Of a stretch of DNA of 29,583 nt, positions 8,375 to 18,237 are shown piece by piece. Source of the DNA: Minisyncoccota bacterium (GTDB taxonomy: Bacteria > Patescibacteriota > Minisyncoccia > UBA11713 > 2-01-FULL-45-33). The first letter of the stretch is position 1; each line of letters starts with the position of its first letter. Below the pieces are notes generated by a model. That model worked only from the letters and a program-made list of their open reading frames with translations, did not search any database and was not told the DNA's origin. The DNA lies in assembly GCA_036517415.1 (NCBI GenBank), contig DATDWI010000058.1:1-29583 (forward strand). Direction: 5' to 3'. The translations under genes and the position numbers were made by a program.

Positions 8375-8458
8375 ATGAAATTTTTTGTTACGGCAAAAAC
8401 GGGGAAGAAAGAAACGCGCGTAGTCAAAATTGATTCTTCGCGTTACGTAGAAATATGA
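8375..8458 (+). pseudogene. 27-codon ORF resembling the N-terminus of DUF167/YggU
   Basis: MKFFVTAKTGKKETRVVKIDSSRYVEI*; its TGA overlaps the next ATG (ATGA). Confidence 0.4.
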
Positions 8459-8931
8459 ACACTGCGCGCCGTATTGTGCTTATTTTTACCATTGCCTTTG
8501 CGCTGAATGCCTTGTGGGAATTTTGGCATGCGCAATTTTATATTCATTATCAAAGCGGCGCAATTACCGCTTTTATTTTATTACGCGCCGCGCTGGTTGA
8601 TGCGGCCATTATTACGATTGCCGTATTTGTCTGGTTTCACAGGAAGTCACCAGTAAAAAGCCATGGAGCCGGATTCTCTAATTCGCGCGAATTAGAGAAT
8701 CTATGGGATGCAAAAATATTATGGTTCGCTATTCCGGCATGGCTTATCGTCGCGATACTCTTAGAAAAATGGGCGCTTGCAACCAATCGCTGGGCGTACA
8801 ACGAAACGATGCCGCTTACCCCTTTCATCGAAACCGGCCTTACCCCAACCATCCAACTCGCGCTGTTGGGAACTATTTCATGGTATATCGCGCAGCGTTT
8901 TATACTTTGCAAACGAGGAAAAACGCGCTAG
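8455..8931 (+). CDS. Hypothetical membrane protein (about 4 TM)
   Basis: Hydrophobic segments, NALWEFWH and WAYNETMP motifs; fills the gap before proS. Confidence 0.7.
   Translation: MNTARRIVLIFTIAFALNALWEFWHAQFYIHYQSGAITAFILLRAALVDAAIITIAVFVWFHRKSPVKSHGAGFSNSRELENLWDAKILWFAIPAWLIVAILLEKWALATNRWAYNETMPLTPFIETGLTPTIQLALLGTISWYIAQRFILCKRGKTR
8672..8701. repeat. Perfect 30-bp palindrome inside a CDS
   Basis: GATTCTCTAATTCGCGCGAATTAGAGAATC. Confidence 0.9.
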
Positions 8932-8940
8932 GATAGGGCT

Positions 8941-10185
8941 ATGCGGAGATCTCAATTATTCACCAAAGCCTTTCGTGAACCGCCGAGTGACGAAGAAAGC
9001 ACCAACGCACGGCTTTTGATGCAGGCAGGATACGTGCAAAAACTTATGTCAGGGGTATATACGTTTTTGCCGCTCGGTCTTTTGACCTTGCGCAAAATCG
9101 AAAATATTGTACGCGAGGAAATGAATCGCATCGGCGGGCAGGAAGTTCTCATGCCGGCACTTCACCCCATTGAGCACTATGAAAAAACTGGACGCGCAGC
9201 TATCGAAGACCTTTTTCACACGCAACTTTCTACCGGAAGCCGCTTTGTGCTGGGGCAGAGCCACGAGGAGGTTGTGGTCCCCATGGTACAAAAATTTATC
9301 CAATCGTATCGCGATTTGCCTCTGGCGGTGTATCAAATTCAGACCAAATTTCGCAACGAACTGCGCGCAAAATCGGGACTTTTTCGGGGAAGGGAATTTA
9401 TCATGAAAGATCTTTATTCGTTCCATTCCTCAGAAGACGATTTCGAATCGTATTACAAAAAAGTTCAGTACGCATATCGTACTATATTTTCTCATGTCGG
9501 GATTGGCGAAAAAACATTTTTGACCTATGCAAGCGGCGGAACGTTTTCTAAAATATCCCACGAATTTCAAACGGTCGCTGAAGCAGGGGAAGATATAATT
9601 GCCATATGTAATTATTGCCATGTTGCAATCAACGAGCAGGACCGCTCGCTATTTCCCCGTTGCCCCGAATGTGACCAGGATCCACAAGAAACCAAAAAAT
9701 CAATTGAGATAGCAAACATTTTTCCGCTTAAAACTCGCTATACCGATGCATTCGGCCTTACGGTAAAAAACAATGCGGGAGAAGACCAAAAGGTTATTAT
9801 GGGTTGCTATGGTATCGGTATTTCACGGCTTATGGGCGCTATTGCGGAGCTTTACAATGATAAAAACGGATTAATGCTTCCGAAATCCGTAGCCCCTTTT
9901 TCGCTCTATCTTATCGGGCTTGGGAAGCAAGGCGGCGACGAAGCAGAAAAACTCTATGCTCGCTTGCAAAAAGACGACGTTTCGGTACTCTATGATGACA
10001 GGAGCGACGCGAGCGCGGGCGAGAAATTTGCCGATGCTGACTTGCTTGGCATTCCCCAACGGGTGGTTGTAAGCGAAAAAACGCTCGCCGAGCGCTTATG
10101 TGAGATTAAAGACCGCACAACAAATGTCTGCTCACTCGTCCCCTTGACTGATTTTATCAACAATATGTCGCTGTATGTTCGGTAA
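8941..10185 (+). CDS. proS: Proline--tRNA ligase (short form, no large INS editing domain apparent)
   Basis: MRRSQLF, SYRDLPLAVYQIQTKFRNELRAKSGLFRGREFIMKDLYSF, MGCYGIGISRLMG, LYDDR...GEKFADADLLGIP. Confidence 0.96.
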   Translation: MRRSQLFTKAFREPPSDEESTNARLLMQAGYVQKLMSGVYTFLPLGLLTLRKIENIVREEMNRIGGQEVLMPALHPIEHYEKTGRAAIEDLFHTQLSTGSRFVLGQSHEEVVVPMVQKFIQSYRDLPLAVYQIQTKFRNELRAKSGLFRGREFIMKDLYSFHSSEDDFESYYKKVQYAYRTIFSHVGIGEKTFLTYASGGTFSKISHEFQTVAEAGEDIIAICNYCHVAINEQDRSLFPRCPECDQDPQETKKSIEIANIFPLKTRYTDAFGLTVKNNAGEDQKVIMGCYGIGISRLMGAIAELYNDKNGLMLPKSVAPFSLYLIGLGKQGGDEAEKLYARLQKDDVSVLYDDRSDASAGEKFADADLLGIPQRVVVSEKTLAERLCEIKDRTTNVCSLVPLTDFINNMSLYVR

Positions 10186-11227
10186 ATTGTTTGGAAAATT
10201 TTCTAAAGATCTCGGTATTGATTTGGGCACCGCAAATACGCTGGTGTATATCCGCAATGAAGGCATTGTTATTAACGAACCGTCGGTCGTCGCGGTGAAT
10301 CAAAAAACATCCCAAGTGGTTGCGATCGGCGAAGAAGCAAAGCGGATGATAGGCCGCACGCCGGGCCATATTGTCGCTGTTCGTCCACTAGTCGCCGGAG
10401 TGATATCGGATTTTGAAGTGACGGCCGAAATGCTCACCTATTTTATCCGCAAAGTGCACTCTTCCTCTGCAAAACTTTTTGCACGGCCTCGGATTGTCAT
10501 CGGTATTCCTTCGGGTATTACCGAAGTTGAGCGCCGCGCTGTACGCGATGCGGCGTATAACGCAGGAGCGAGGGAAGTATATTTGATCGAAGAACCAATG
10601 GCCGCCGCTATCGGCATTCGCTTGCCCGTGCAAGACCCTATTGGAAACATGATTATTGATGTCGGCGGCGGCACTACCGATATCGCGGTGATTTCTCTCG
10701 GTGGTATTGTTGTTTCGCGCAGTCTTCGTATCGCGGGAGACGCATTCAACGATGACATCATCAACTACGCGCGCGACGAATTTAAACTCCTGGTGGGAGA
10801 ACGCACGGCAGAAGACATTAAAATAGCCGTCGGTTCGGTATGGAAAACAAACGAAGTGCTGGAAGGAATGCTACGCGGTCGCGATTTGGTGACCGGACTT
10901 CCGCGGGAAATTTTGGTCACCGATGCCGATATTCGCGTTGCACTTTCGAAATCTGTAAAGTCATTAGTGGAAGCAGTAAAAGCGACAATCGAAGATACTC
11001 CGCCGGAGCTCGTCAGCGACATTATGCATCGCGGCATTGTATTGGTAGGAGGCGGCGCGCTGATTCGTGGACTCAATAAGCTATTGGAAAAAGAAACAAA
11101 AATCCCGGTATACTTGGCAGAGGACCCATTAACCACCGTAGTACGCGGTACCGGTATCGTCATCGAAAATATTGATGCGTTACGTTCCATTTTATTAGAA
11201 GACGAATCAGAATTGCCTCCGCAATAA
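10175..11227 (+). CDS. mreB: Rod shape-determining actin-like protein MreB
   Basis: DLGIDLGTANT, EEPMAAAIG, DVGGGTTDIAVISLGG, GGGALIRGL. Confidence 0.97.
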   Translation: MFGKLFGKFSKDLGIDLGTANTLVYIRNEGIVINEPSVVAVNQKTSQVVAIGEEAKRMIGRTPGHIVAVRPLVAGVISDFEVTAEMLTYFIRKVHSSSAKLFARPRIVIGIPSGITEVERRAVRDAAYNAGAREVYLIEEPMAAAIGIRLPVQDPIGNMIIDVGGGTTDIAVISLGGIVVSRSLRIAGDAFNDDIINYARDEFKLLVGERTAEDIKIAVGSVWKTNEVLEGMLRGRDLVTGLPREILVTDADIRVALSKSVKSLVEAVKATIEDTPPELVSDIMHRGIVLVGGGALIRGLNKLLEKETKIPVYLAEDPLTTVVRGTGIVIENIDALRSILLEDESELPPQ

Positions 11228-11267
11228 TAAAGCACAAAGCGCGCAAAAACATTTCTCACTGAATTAT

Positions 11268-12269
11268 ATGTTGAAAAACATACAAGTAGTACAAATGAGG
11301 AAGCCAATCGCTTATCAATTAGATATTAAGGGTTTGTTTCCCAATACACTAGCGCAGCGCAAAAAAGATTTTTTGCGTAAGATAGCTAGTCCTAGTGGTA
11401 AGACGAAATACAAGCGATACATGGGCGCACCAATTAGATACGCTGGTGGGAAAAGTCTCGCCGTTGGCTTAGTGGTAGAACGCATACCCGATAACATAAA
11501 ACGGGTTGTTTCGCCATTTCTCGGCGGCGGATCAGTGGAAGTTGCGATAGCTCGAGAATTAAACTTGCCTGTTATCGGATACGATATTTTTGATATCCTC
11601 ATAAATTATTGGCAGGTTCAACTAAAAACCCCGGATATGCTATATGAGCGACTACTTGATTTCGAGCCGACAAGAGAAGGTTTTAAGAAAGCTAAAGAAC
11701 GATTAAAGAAATATTGGAAAAAAGAAGAAAAACTAGGCAAGCTTGATTTAGCCGCTTACTATTATTTTAATCACAATACATCTTATGGTCCGCACTTTCT
11801 TGGTTGGCCATCGAGTGTGTATTTACAAGAAGAAAGGTATAAAACAATGCTTGAAAAAGTTCGAAACTTCCGAGCCGATATATTGCAAGCTGAATGCGCG
11901 TCTTTTGAAGATATAATGCCAAAACACAAAAATGATTTTCTCTATTGCGACCCGCCGTATTACCTGGATGGCGACAGTAAAACTTTTGTTGGTCTTTCTC
12001 CTCATAGAAACTTCCCCATTCATCATAACAACTTCAAGCACGAATTATTGTGTAATCTATTGATGGAACATAAAGGCGGTTTTGTTTTGTCATACAACGA
12101 TTGCTCTATGATCCGAGGGTGGTATAAAGATTTCGATATGATAACCCCTTCCTGGCAATACACTTTTAGTCAGGGTGATACGCGCATCGGAGAAAACCGA
12201 AAACGAGACAACAATGGAAGTTATGTAAAAAAATCCCATGAATTATTAATTTGGAAATTACCAAAATGA
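11268..12269 (+). CDS. Dam-family (alpha-class) N6-adenine DNA methyltransferase
   Basis: RYAGGKS, SPFLGGGSVE (motif I), YCDPPY (motif IV), LSYND; alternative start 11295. Confidence 0.9.
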   Translation: MLKNIQVVQMRKPIAYQLDIKGLFPNTLAQRKKDFLRKIASPSGKTKYKRYMGAPIRYAGGKSLAVGLVVERIPDNIKRVVSPFLGGGSVEVAIARELNLPVIGYDIFDILINYWQVQLKTPDMLYERLLDFEPTREGFKKAKERLKKYWKKEEKLGKLDLAAYYYFNHNTSYGPHFLGWPSSVYLQEERYKTMLEKVRNFRADILQAECASFEDIMPKHKNDFLYCDPPYYLDGDSKTFVGLSPHRNFPIHHNNFKHELLCNLLMEHKGGFVLSYNDCSMIRGWYKDFDMITPSWQYTFSQGDTRIGENRKRDNNGSYVKKSHELLIWKLPK

Positions 12270-13033
12270 GAAGAAGGCGAGCGCTTACAACCGAAGGAGC
12301 AAGAGCAGTGCGCCAAAAAGGATATGACGACGCACTTGAATTTGCATTAGCAATCGGACTCTCTAGCGATTATAAAAATGACCCCCAAGCTAAAAAAGAC
12401 GTCATTGATCCTTCCGGCGATGCTCGCTCCGTTAAAGGTGGTGAAAAGAAATGGCAAGTATTTCTTTATGGACTTGGGCGTTTTGAATCGGATCATGCTT
12501 TTGTTGTTATGAACGGTATTGGAGCTTTGCTCGCCGAATGTATCAATGCGTTTCCCTCAACTTATGCGCAATACCGCCGGAATAAAATTGTCGCCAAAGA
12601 ACGATTGCGTACTCCGATGGTAAAATTGGCAGAAAAATTAAAAGAGCGGCCACGCCTAAAAGCATTCTTAAATAAATCTTTATTCAATGGAGGAGAGGTG
12701 AATTATTTGACTATCAAACAGAATGCGATATTTCATGTCTTTTTGAATAAAGATGTTGTTGATGCTTTTGGCGATAATTTAGAGGTCTGTAATTCTAGAG
12801 CAATTTCGGTTGGGCAAATGCCGGAGCAGAAAGTTTTACTACGTTATAATGGAAAGAATCTTGGTGAATTAGAGATGAGAAATGATAGTGAGATACATTA
12901 TCGGGAAGTACGATTCAATATGATAAAGCCGAAAGTCATGGAATTATTGTTTGAAAAAATCCATATGACAAAGAAATTTAACGAAAAAGTATTGGTATAT
13001 GGTAATGCTCATCGGAGATTCGGTCGCTGGTAA
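12266..13033 (+). CDS. Putative type II restriction endonuclease
   Basis: ATGA-coupled to the methylase; KKDVID...SVK resembles a PD-(D/E)xK-type site. The call is mainly contextual. Confidence 0.6.
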   Translation: MRRRRALTTEGARAVRQKGYDDALEFALAIGLSSDYKNDPQAKKDVIDPSGDARSVKGGEKKWQVFLYGLGRFESDHAFVVMNGIGALLAECINAFPSTYAQYRRNKIVAKERLRTPMVKLAEKLKERPRLKAFLNKSLFNGGEVNYLTIKQNAIFHVFLNKDVVDAFGDNLEVCNSRAISVGQMPEQKVLLRYNGKNLGELEMRNDSEIHYREVRFNMIKPKVMELLFEKIHMTKKFNEKVLVYGNAHRRFGRW

Positions 13034-13044
13034 TATGAAAATTG

Positions 13045-13707
13045 ATGACAAGCCCTTACTTGCTAGGTCGCAAGCAAAAAGATAAGCTTATGAAACATCG
13101 TGATCCGCGAGGAATCATTATCACTCTAATCATTATATTGTTCGTCGGCGTTTTTCAACTGCTGCCCCGAGGACTTCTGTTTGTGGAGCGCGCGGGGGAA
13201 GCGCCATTGATACAAAAGGAAGACAACAACGATATTCCCGACGATGTCGTATTAGCATCTGTTCTATTAAATCCCGGATTTGTTTTCAGCGATACCATGC
13301 TGCTTGCCGCAGGGGTGGAGCAGCGTGTGCGGCAAGGGGATATTGTGGCATCTCTCGATGGCGTTGCCATCGGTACCGTGGTAAGTGTGCAAAATACGTG
13401 GAGCAAAACGGAGCTTTTAAGCCGCTTGGGTAATGTTGTAGTATTGCGCGCAGGAAGCGAAAAGGAAATTACTTTTGAGGCGCGCGGCATCGGTGGCGGG
13501 GAGCTACGCGTGGATCTCCCTTCTGCTCTTGAGCTTCGGGCCGGCGATATCATATGGCTCGGAAGCAACCCCGCGTATATCGCAGGTTTTATTGACACGG
13601 TTGATCGCGCTCCCGGAAGACAGCTTCAGCACCTTATTATCCGCGTTCCTGTTGCTCCCGAACGACTCCATCGTGTCCTTATCGTGCATCCGGCGTCTCA
13701 TTCGTAA
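13045..13707 (+). CDS. mreC: Rod shape-determining protein MreC (short)
   Basis: TM anchor, DTMLLAAG...V..GDIV...AIGTV, ARGIGGG, GFID.V; located upstream of PBP2. Confidence 0.75.
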   Translation: MTSPYLLGRKQKDKLMKHRDPRGIIITLIIILFVGVFQLLPRGLLFVERAGEAPLIQKEDNNDIPDDVVLASVLLNPGFVFSDTMLLAAGVEQRVRQGDIVASLDGVAIGTVVSVQNTWSKTELLSRLGNVVVLRAGSEKEITFEARGIGGGELRVDLPSALELRAGDIIWLGSNPAYIAGFIDTVDRAPGRQLQHLIIRVPVAPERLHRVLIVHPASHS

Positions 13708-13715
13708 TAACGTAT

Positions 13716-14042
13716 ATGGCATACTTCATTATGTTTTTAGGAGGAACAGCGCTCGGGGTGATATTTGAAAGTATTACGGCTATCCCGCAGAGAGGATTTT
13801 ACACTATTCCTGCCGTGGTAATGGCAACAGCGCTTGCATGGTCTCCATTTCGCTTGGTTATTGAAAATATATTTATGAGCGTGCTAGGCGGAATAATAAC
13901 CTTTATCATGATAAGTCTCATGCTTACTCACGGTGTAGTTCCTTCCGCATTATTTTTTGCTCATGGCGGAGTATTTGTGATACTATCAAACTTATTTTTG
14001 TATGGTATTTGGCGACAAACATCACTACAACATAGATATTGA
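13716..14042 (+). CDS. Small membrane protein in the MreD position
   Basis: Hydrophobic 108 aa between mreC and PBP2; no specific motif recognised. Confidence 0.5.
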   Translation: MAYFIMFLGGTALGVIFESITAIPQRGFYTIPAVVMATALAWSPFRLVIENIFMSVLGGIITFIMISLMLTHGVVPSALFFAHGGVFVILSNLFLYGIWRQTSLQHRY

Positions 14043-15681
14043 CGAGATTTTTCTCGATGGCCACAATACTCCGGGATATCATCGAGAAAGTTTGGAGGGG
14101 GTGCTGGAGAGGCCAATGAGCAGACGAGTATTTTTTTTACTCGGTACACTATTTGTTATGAGCGGCGTAGTTTTTCTGCTTCGTGCCGGTTTTTTGCAGA
14201 TTGTTAACGCCAGCGTATTTCGTGAACGCTCTCTCAATAACTATCTACGACTTGTTGAGCAACCAGCGGAGCGCGGACTCATTTATGATCGCGATGGCGT
14301 AGTACTTGCTACAAACGAATTTCGGGGCTTTTTTACTTCGGCAAGCAGCACATATTACGTCATGCGACGCTATCCCGAACAAGGATTTTTGCATGCGCTC
14401 GGATTTTTGCGTAAAGATAATAACAGAACACAGGGTGCCAGTGGCATTGAAAAGCAATATAATACACTCCTTCGAGGCATTGCCGGGGAACGTATTGAGG
14501 AAGTGAATGTCACGGGGTCGGTGATTAGTTTTGGTATACGCGTAGCATCACAAAGCGGCGCAGGAATTGTTACATCGCTTTCTCGGAATCTCCAACAGCA
14601 ACTTGCGCGAAGCATAGAGCGCGTTGCGTATACAAACGGTTTTAGCGGCGGCGCAGGCGTTGTATTGGACGTATCGAATGGCGCGGTGTTGGCTCTGGTG
14701 AGTGTTCCGGAATTTGATCCTAATATTTTTACCGAGGGGCTTACGCAAGAAAAACTTGATGATCTGTTATACGATCCGGGCAAACCATTTTTCAATCGCG
14801 CAGTCTCGGGACTCTATCCTCCCGGTTCTATTGTAAAACCAGCACTTGCAGCCGGAGCGCTTGCAGAAAATATTATTGATCCGGAGGAAACCATCTTGAC
14901 CAACGGCCGGTTGGTACTCGAAAATCCTTATTTTCCCGACAAGCCGTCAGTTTTTTTGGACTGGAAAAACCACGGTCTCGTTGATATGCGCCGCGCGCTT
15001 GCGGTGTCCAGTGACGTGTATTTTTATACGATCGGCGGTGGTTATGAGTCGCAGCGAGGATTGGGTATTTCAAAAATCAATCAATACCTAGCACTTTTTG
15101 GGTTTGGAGAAATGACCGGAATTGATTTGCCCGTGGAAAAGCAGGGCCTCTTGCCTGACCAAGAATCTCCGTCACGATCGCGCGCATGGACAGTAGGAGA
15201 TACATATAACGTGTCCATCGGGCAAGGTGATATACTGGTAACTCCTATACAAATGGCGGTATATGCGGCCGCTCTTGCTACAGGCGGCACGGTGCTTCAG
15301 CCGTCAGTAGCCCAGCGCGTGGTAGATGATCGCAAAAATACCATTCAGACCTTATTAAAACCGCCGCGTAAAAATAACATTTTGCCGAAAGATTTTTTTC
15401 GTGTCATACAAGAAGGAATGCGCGATGCGGTGATGTACGGCACTGCGCAGGGGCTTTCGGGTATTCCGATCCCCATTGCGGCAAAAACAGGAACTGCTGA
15501 AATTGGAAAAACTGGCCGGGTTCATTCATGGTCCATAGGATTCGCGCCCTTCGATCAGCCCAAAATTGCTTTTGTGGTATTGATGGAAAGTGGGTCTTCA
15601 CAAAATCTTATTGGAGCTACGGCAGTGGCTTCCGAAGTGCTGCAGTGGATGCATGAAACGCGTTTTCTTGATTCACTATAA
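14002..15681 (+). CDS. mrdA: Penicillin-binding protein 2 (class B transpeptidase)
   Basis: ERGLIYDRDG, YPPGSIVK (SxxK), SSD (SxD/N), SIGQG, KTGTAE. Confidence 0.9.
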   Translation: MVFGDKHHYNIDIDEIFLDGHNTPGYHRESLEGVLERPMSRRVFFLLGTLFVMSGVVFLLRAGFLQIVNASVFRERSLNNYLRLVEQPAERGLIYDRDGVVLATNEFRGFFTSASSTYYVMRRYPEQGFLHALGFLRKDNNRTQGASGIEKQYNTLLRGIAGERIEEVNVTGSVISFGIRVASQSGAGIVTSLSRNLQQQLARSIERVAYTNGFSGGAGVVLDVSNGAVLALVSVPEFDPNIFTEGLTQEKLDDLLYDPGKPFFNRAVSGLYPPGSIVKPALAAGALAENIIDPEETILTNGRLVLENPYFPDKPSVFLDWKNHGLVDMRRALAVSSDVYFYTIGGGYESQRGLGISKINQYLALFGFGEMTGIDLPVEKQGLLPDQESPSRSRAWTVGDTYNVSIGQGDILVTPIQMAVYAAALATGGTVLQPSVAQRVVDDRKNTIQTLLKPPRKNNILPKDFFRVIQEGMRDAVMYGTAQGLSGIPIPIAAKTGTAEIGKTGRVHSWSIGFAPFDQPKIAFVVLMESGSSQNLIGATAVASEVLQWMHETRFLDSL

Positions 15682-15702
15682 TGCGTGTGGTATAGTTCTT
15701 CT

Positions 15703-16179
15703 ATGTCATCAGACCAAGGATTACAATATTTCAGCAAAGCAGGTCTCGCAAAACTCAAAGAGGAGATCGAGTATTGTAAGACCGCGGTGCGTCAAGAAAT
15801 CGCTCAACGCCTCGAATATGCTAAAAGTTTGGGGGATCTTTCGGAAAACTCTGAATATCAGGAAGCAAAAGAGTCGCAGATGCTCAATGAGTCGCGTATT
15901 GCAGAACTTGAGGCAACATTGCGGAGCGCTATTGTAGTTGAAAAAAGCACAGCGTCCGATGCGGTACAAATCGGTTCCCAAGTTACGATCGAAGCAATCG
16001 ATAGCGGCGCGCACACTTCATTTTTTATCGTAGGAGCAAACGAGGCATCTCCCGCGGAACAAAAAATATCACATGAGTCACCCTTAGGACAGGCGCTGTT
16101 ACAACATACGAAGGGCGATACGATTGAAGTACATACGCCGAAAGGATCGGTCCGCTATAAGATTATGGAAATTGTATGA
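15703..16179 (+). CDS. greA: Transcription elongation factor GreA
   Basis: GDLSENSEYQEAKESQ, ISHESPLGQALL; extended -10 TGGTATAGT at 15688-15696. Confidence 0.96.
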   Translation: MSSDQGLQYFSKAGLAKLKEEIEYCKTAVRQEIAQRLEYAKSLGDLSENSEYQEAKESQMLNESRIAELEATLRSAIVVEKSTASDAVQIGSQVTIEAIDSGAHTSFFIVGANEASPAEQKISHESPLGQALLQHTKGDTIEVHTPKGSVRYKIMEIV

Positions 16180-17648
16180 CGCTGCCTGGCGAAGAGATTC
16201 GACAACTGCGTATCAAAAAGCTCAAGGCTCTTTTTTCATACAATAAAGAGGCGTATCCCGCGCGCTCTTCGTTTTCCCTTCTCGACATCAAGAAACTCCA
16301 GCAAGAATTTTATCAACGCATGCGCTCCGGGCGATCAGTGGGGGTTGCCGGGAGAATTATGGCACGGCGCGAGCACGGCCGCTCGATGTTTATTAATATC
16401 TTTGACGGGTCCGGAGAATTTCAATTATTTTGCGCGCAAGATCGGCTCGGAGTTAATGCATACAAGGCATTGCGCGAAACCATCGATATTGGTGATTTTA
16501 TCGCTGTCTTTGGAAAACCGTTTTATACCAAGCGGAAAGAGCCGACGATCAATGTGTCGCGCTGGGAAATGCTCGCGAAGTCCCTCCGCCCATTGCCGGA
16601 GAAATGGCACGGCCTTGTAGATGTTGAGGAACGATTTCGGCGACGATACTTGGATGTGTTGATGAATAAGGAGGTGCACGAACGCTTCGTGATGCGCTCA
16701 CGCATTATGAAAGCCATTCGTTCGTTTTTTGATGAAGAAGGATTCCTAGAAGTAGAAACACCGATGCTGCATCCTATTGCCGGCGGGGCGCTCGCACGCC
16801 CATTTGCAACTCATCACAACGCCTTAGATAGTAATTTGTATTTACGCATCGCTCCGGAGCTATATTTAAAAGAATTACTGGTAGGCGGATTTGCAAAAAT
16901 CTACGAACTTGGCAAAAGTTTTCGTAATGAAGGAATTGACCACAGTCACAATCCTGAATTTACAACGATTGAATGGTACGCCGCGTATTGGAATAGGGAA
17001 GACATGATGAAATGTGTGGAGCACTTCTTCCGTCGACTGATGAAGTCGCTGAAAGTGCGCAAAATCATTTTTCAAAAAACAGCCATTACATTCCCTAAAC
17101 AATTTCCCCGCCTGCCGTTTGATGAAGCCCTTAAGCGCTATGCCCTCATTGTCAACCATACCAAAGAAACACGCGACTCATTCGTACTCAAAGCGCGCCA
17201 ATTTGGCATTGATCCGGATCCATCCGCATCCAAAGGAAAAATTGCAGATGAAATTTATCGGAAAGTCTGTCGCCCAAAAATTCAACAACCGGCATTTATT
17301 ATTGACCACCCGCTCGATATTTCCCCGCTTGCTAAAAAACACCCCGATGATCCAACAAAAGTTCTGCGCTTTCAGCTTATCGTCGGTGGGCTTGAGATTG
17401 TAAATGGATTTTCAGAGCTTAATGATCCGCTCGATCAGCGTACGCGTTTTGAAGAACAAGAACGGTTGCGCGCCGGAGGAGATAGCGAATCACATCCAAC
17501 CGATGAGAGCTTTATTGAAGCGCTAGAATATGGCATGCCGCCAGCCGCAGGCGCTGCCATCGGTATTGACCGCTTAACGATGCTTCTTACCAACACCAAT
17601 AATATTAAAGAAGTCATTTTGTTTCCCACCCTCCGCCCCCGACAGTAA
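16176..17648 (+). CDS. lysS: Lysine--tRNA ligase (class II)
   Basis: LPEKWHGLVDVEERFRRRY, FRNEGID..HNPEFT, YGMPPAAGAAIGIDRL. Confidence 0.97.
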   Translation: MTLPGEEIRQLRIKKLKALFSYNKEAYPARSSFSLLDIKKLQQEFYQRMRSGRSVGVAGRIMARREHGRSMFINIFDGSGEFQLFCAQDRLGVNAYKALRETIDIGDFIAVFGKPFYTKRKEPTINVSRWEMLAKSLRPLPEKWHGLVDVEERFRRRYLDVLMNKEVHERFVMRSRIMKAIRSFFDEEGFLEVETPMLHPIAGGALARPFATHHNALDSNLYLRIAPELYLKELLVGGFAKIYELGKSFRNEGIDHSHNPEFTTIEWYAAYWNREDMMKCVEHFFRRLMKSLKVRKIIFQKTAITFPKQFPRLPFDEALKRYALIVNHTKETRDSFVLKARQFGIDPDPSASKGKIADEIYRKVCRPKIQQPAFIIDHPLDISPLAKKHPDDPTKVLRFQLIVGGLEIVNGFSELNDPLDQRTRFEEQERLRAGGDSESHPTDESFIEALEYGMPPAAGAAIGIDRLTMLLTNTNNIKEVILFPTLRPRQ

Positions 17649-17654
17649 AAAATC

Positions 17655-18167
17655 ATGATTGGTCAATTTGTTAAAGGAAAGGTGTATGTTTTTATTGACG
17701 CTGCTAATATTCTTTATTCGCAGCAAACTTTGCGTTGGCGCGTGGATTATGAAAAATTAAAAAAGTATTTCGAGGAAGAATGCGATCTTCGGGCTATTTA
17801 TTTTTATACCGGGAGAGTCGGTGACAATTATAAGCAAAATTCTTTCATACAAAAGCTTGAGAGAGTCGGTTATATTGTAAAAACTAAAGAAGTGAAAAGG
17901 ATCAAGGTTTCCAAGAGTACCTATGAATGGAAGGGGAATCTCGATGTTGAACTCACCATTGATGTACTTGGGAGTATCAATAATTTTAACACCTTGATTC
18001 TGATGTCAGGAGATAGCGACTTCGCGCCATTGCTTGACGCAGTGAAAGCCCAATATAAGAGAGTATTGGTTATATCCACAAAAGGTCATGTTGCCAAAGA
18101 GTTACTGGATCGAGCAAAATATGTCAATCTCAAAAAGCTTAAAGACCAGATTTCTTACTATAAATAA
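17655..18167 (+). CDS. NYN-domain (LabA/DUF88, PIN-like) putative ribonuclease
   Basis: VFIDAANI, KGNLDVELTID, LMSGDSDFAPL. Confidence 0.92.
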   Translation: MIGQFVKGKVYVFIDAANILYSQQTLRWRVDYEKLKKYFEEECDLRAIYFYTGRVGDNYKQNSFIQKLERVGYIVKTKEVKRIKVSKSTYEWKGNLDVELTIDVLGSINNFNTLILMSGDSDFAPLLDAVKAQYKRVLVISTKGHVAKELLDRAKYVNLKKLKDQISYYK

Positions 18168-18203
18168 AAAGAATCCCCCCGCCGAAACGGGGAGAGGTTT
18201 GAC
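18166..18203 (-). ncRNA. Predicted ~38-nt RNA convergent on the NYN gene
   Basis: - strand promoter TTGACG-16-TGCTATACT followed by a GC hairpin and TTCTTTTT. Confidence 0.4.
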
Positions 18204-18209
18204 AGTATC

Positions 18210-18237
18210 AGTATAGCAAGTCCGTATAAAGCGTCAA
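18210..18237 (-). promoter_or_regulatory. Sigma70-type promoter pointing at the NYN 3' end
   Basis: TTGACG (18237-18232), 16 bp including TGn, TATACT (18215-18210). Confidence 0.6.

Noticed and set aside
18191-18197. CCUCUCC in the predicted tiny RNA complementary to the GGAGAGG SD of the 25785 gene
   Set aside because: Only 7 nt, mostly buried in the stem, and SD-like complementarity is non-specific.
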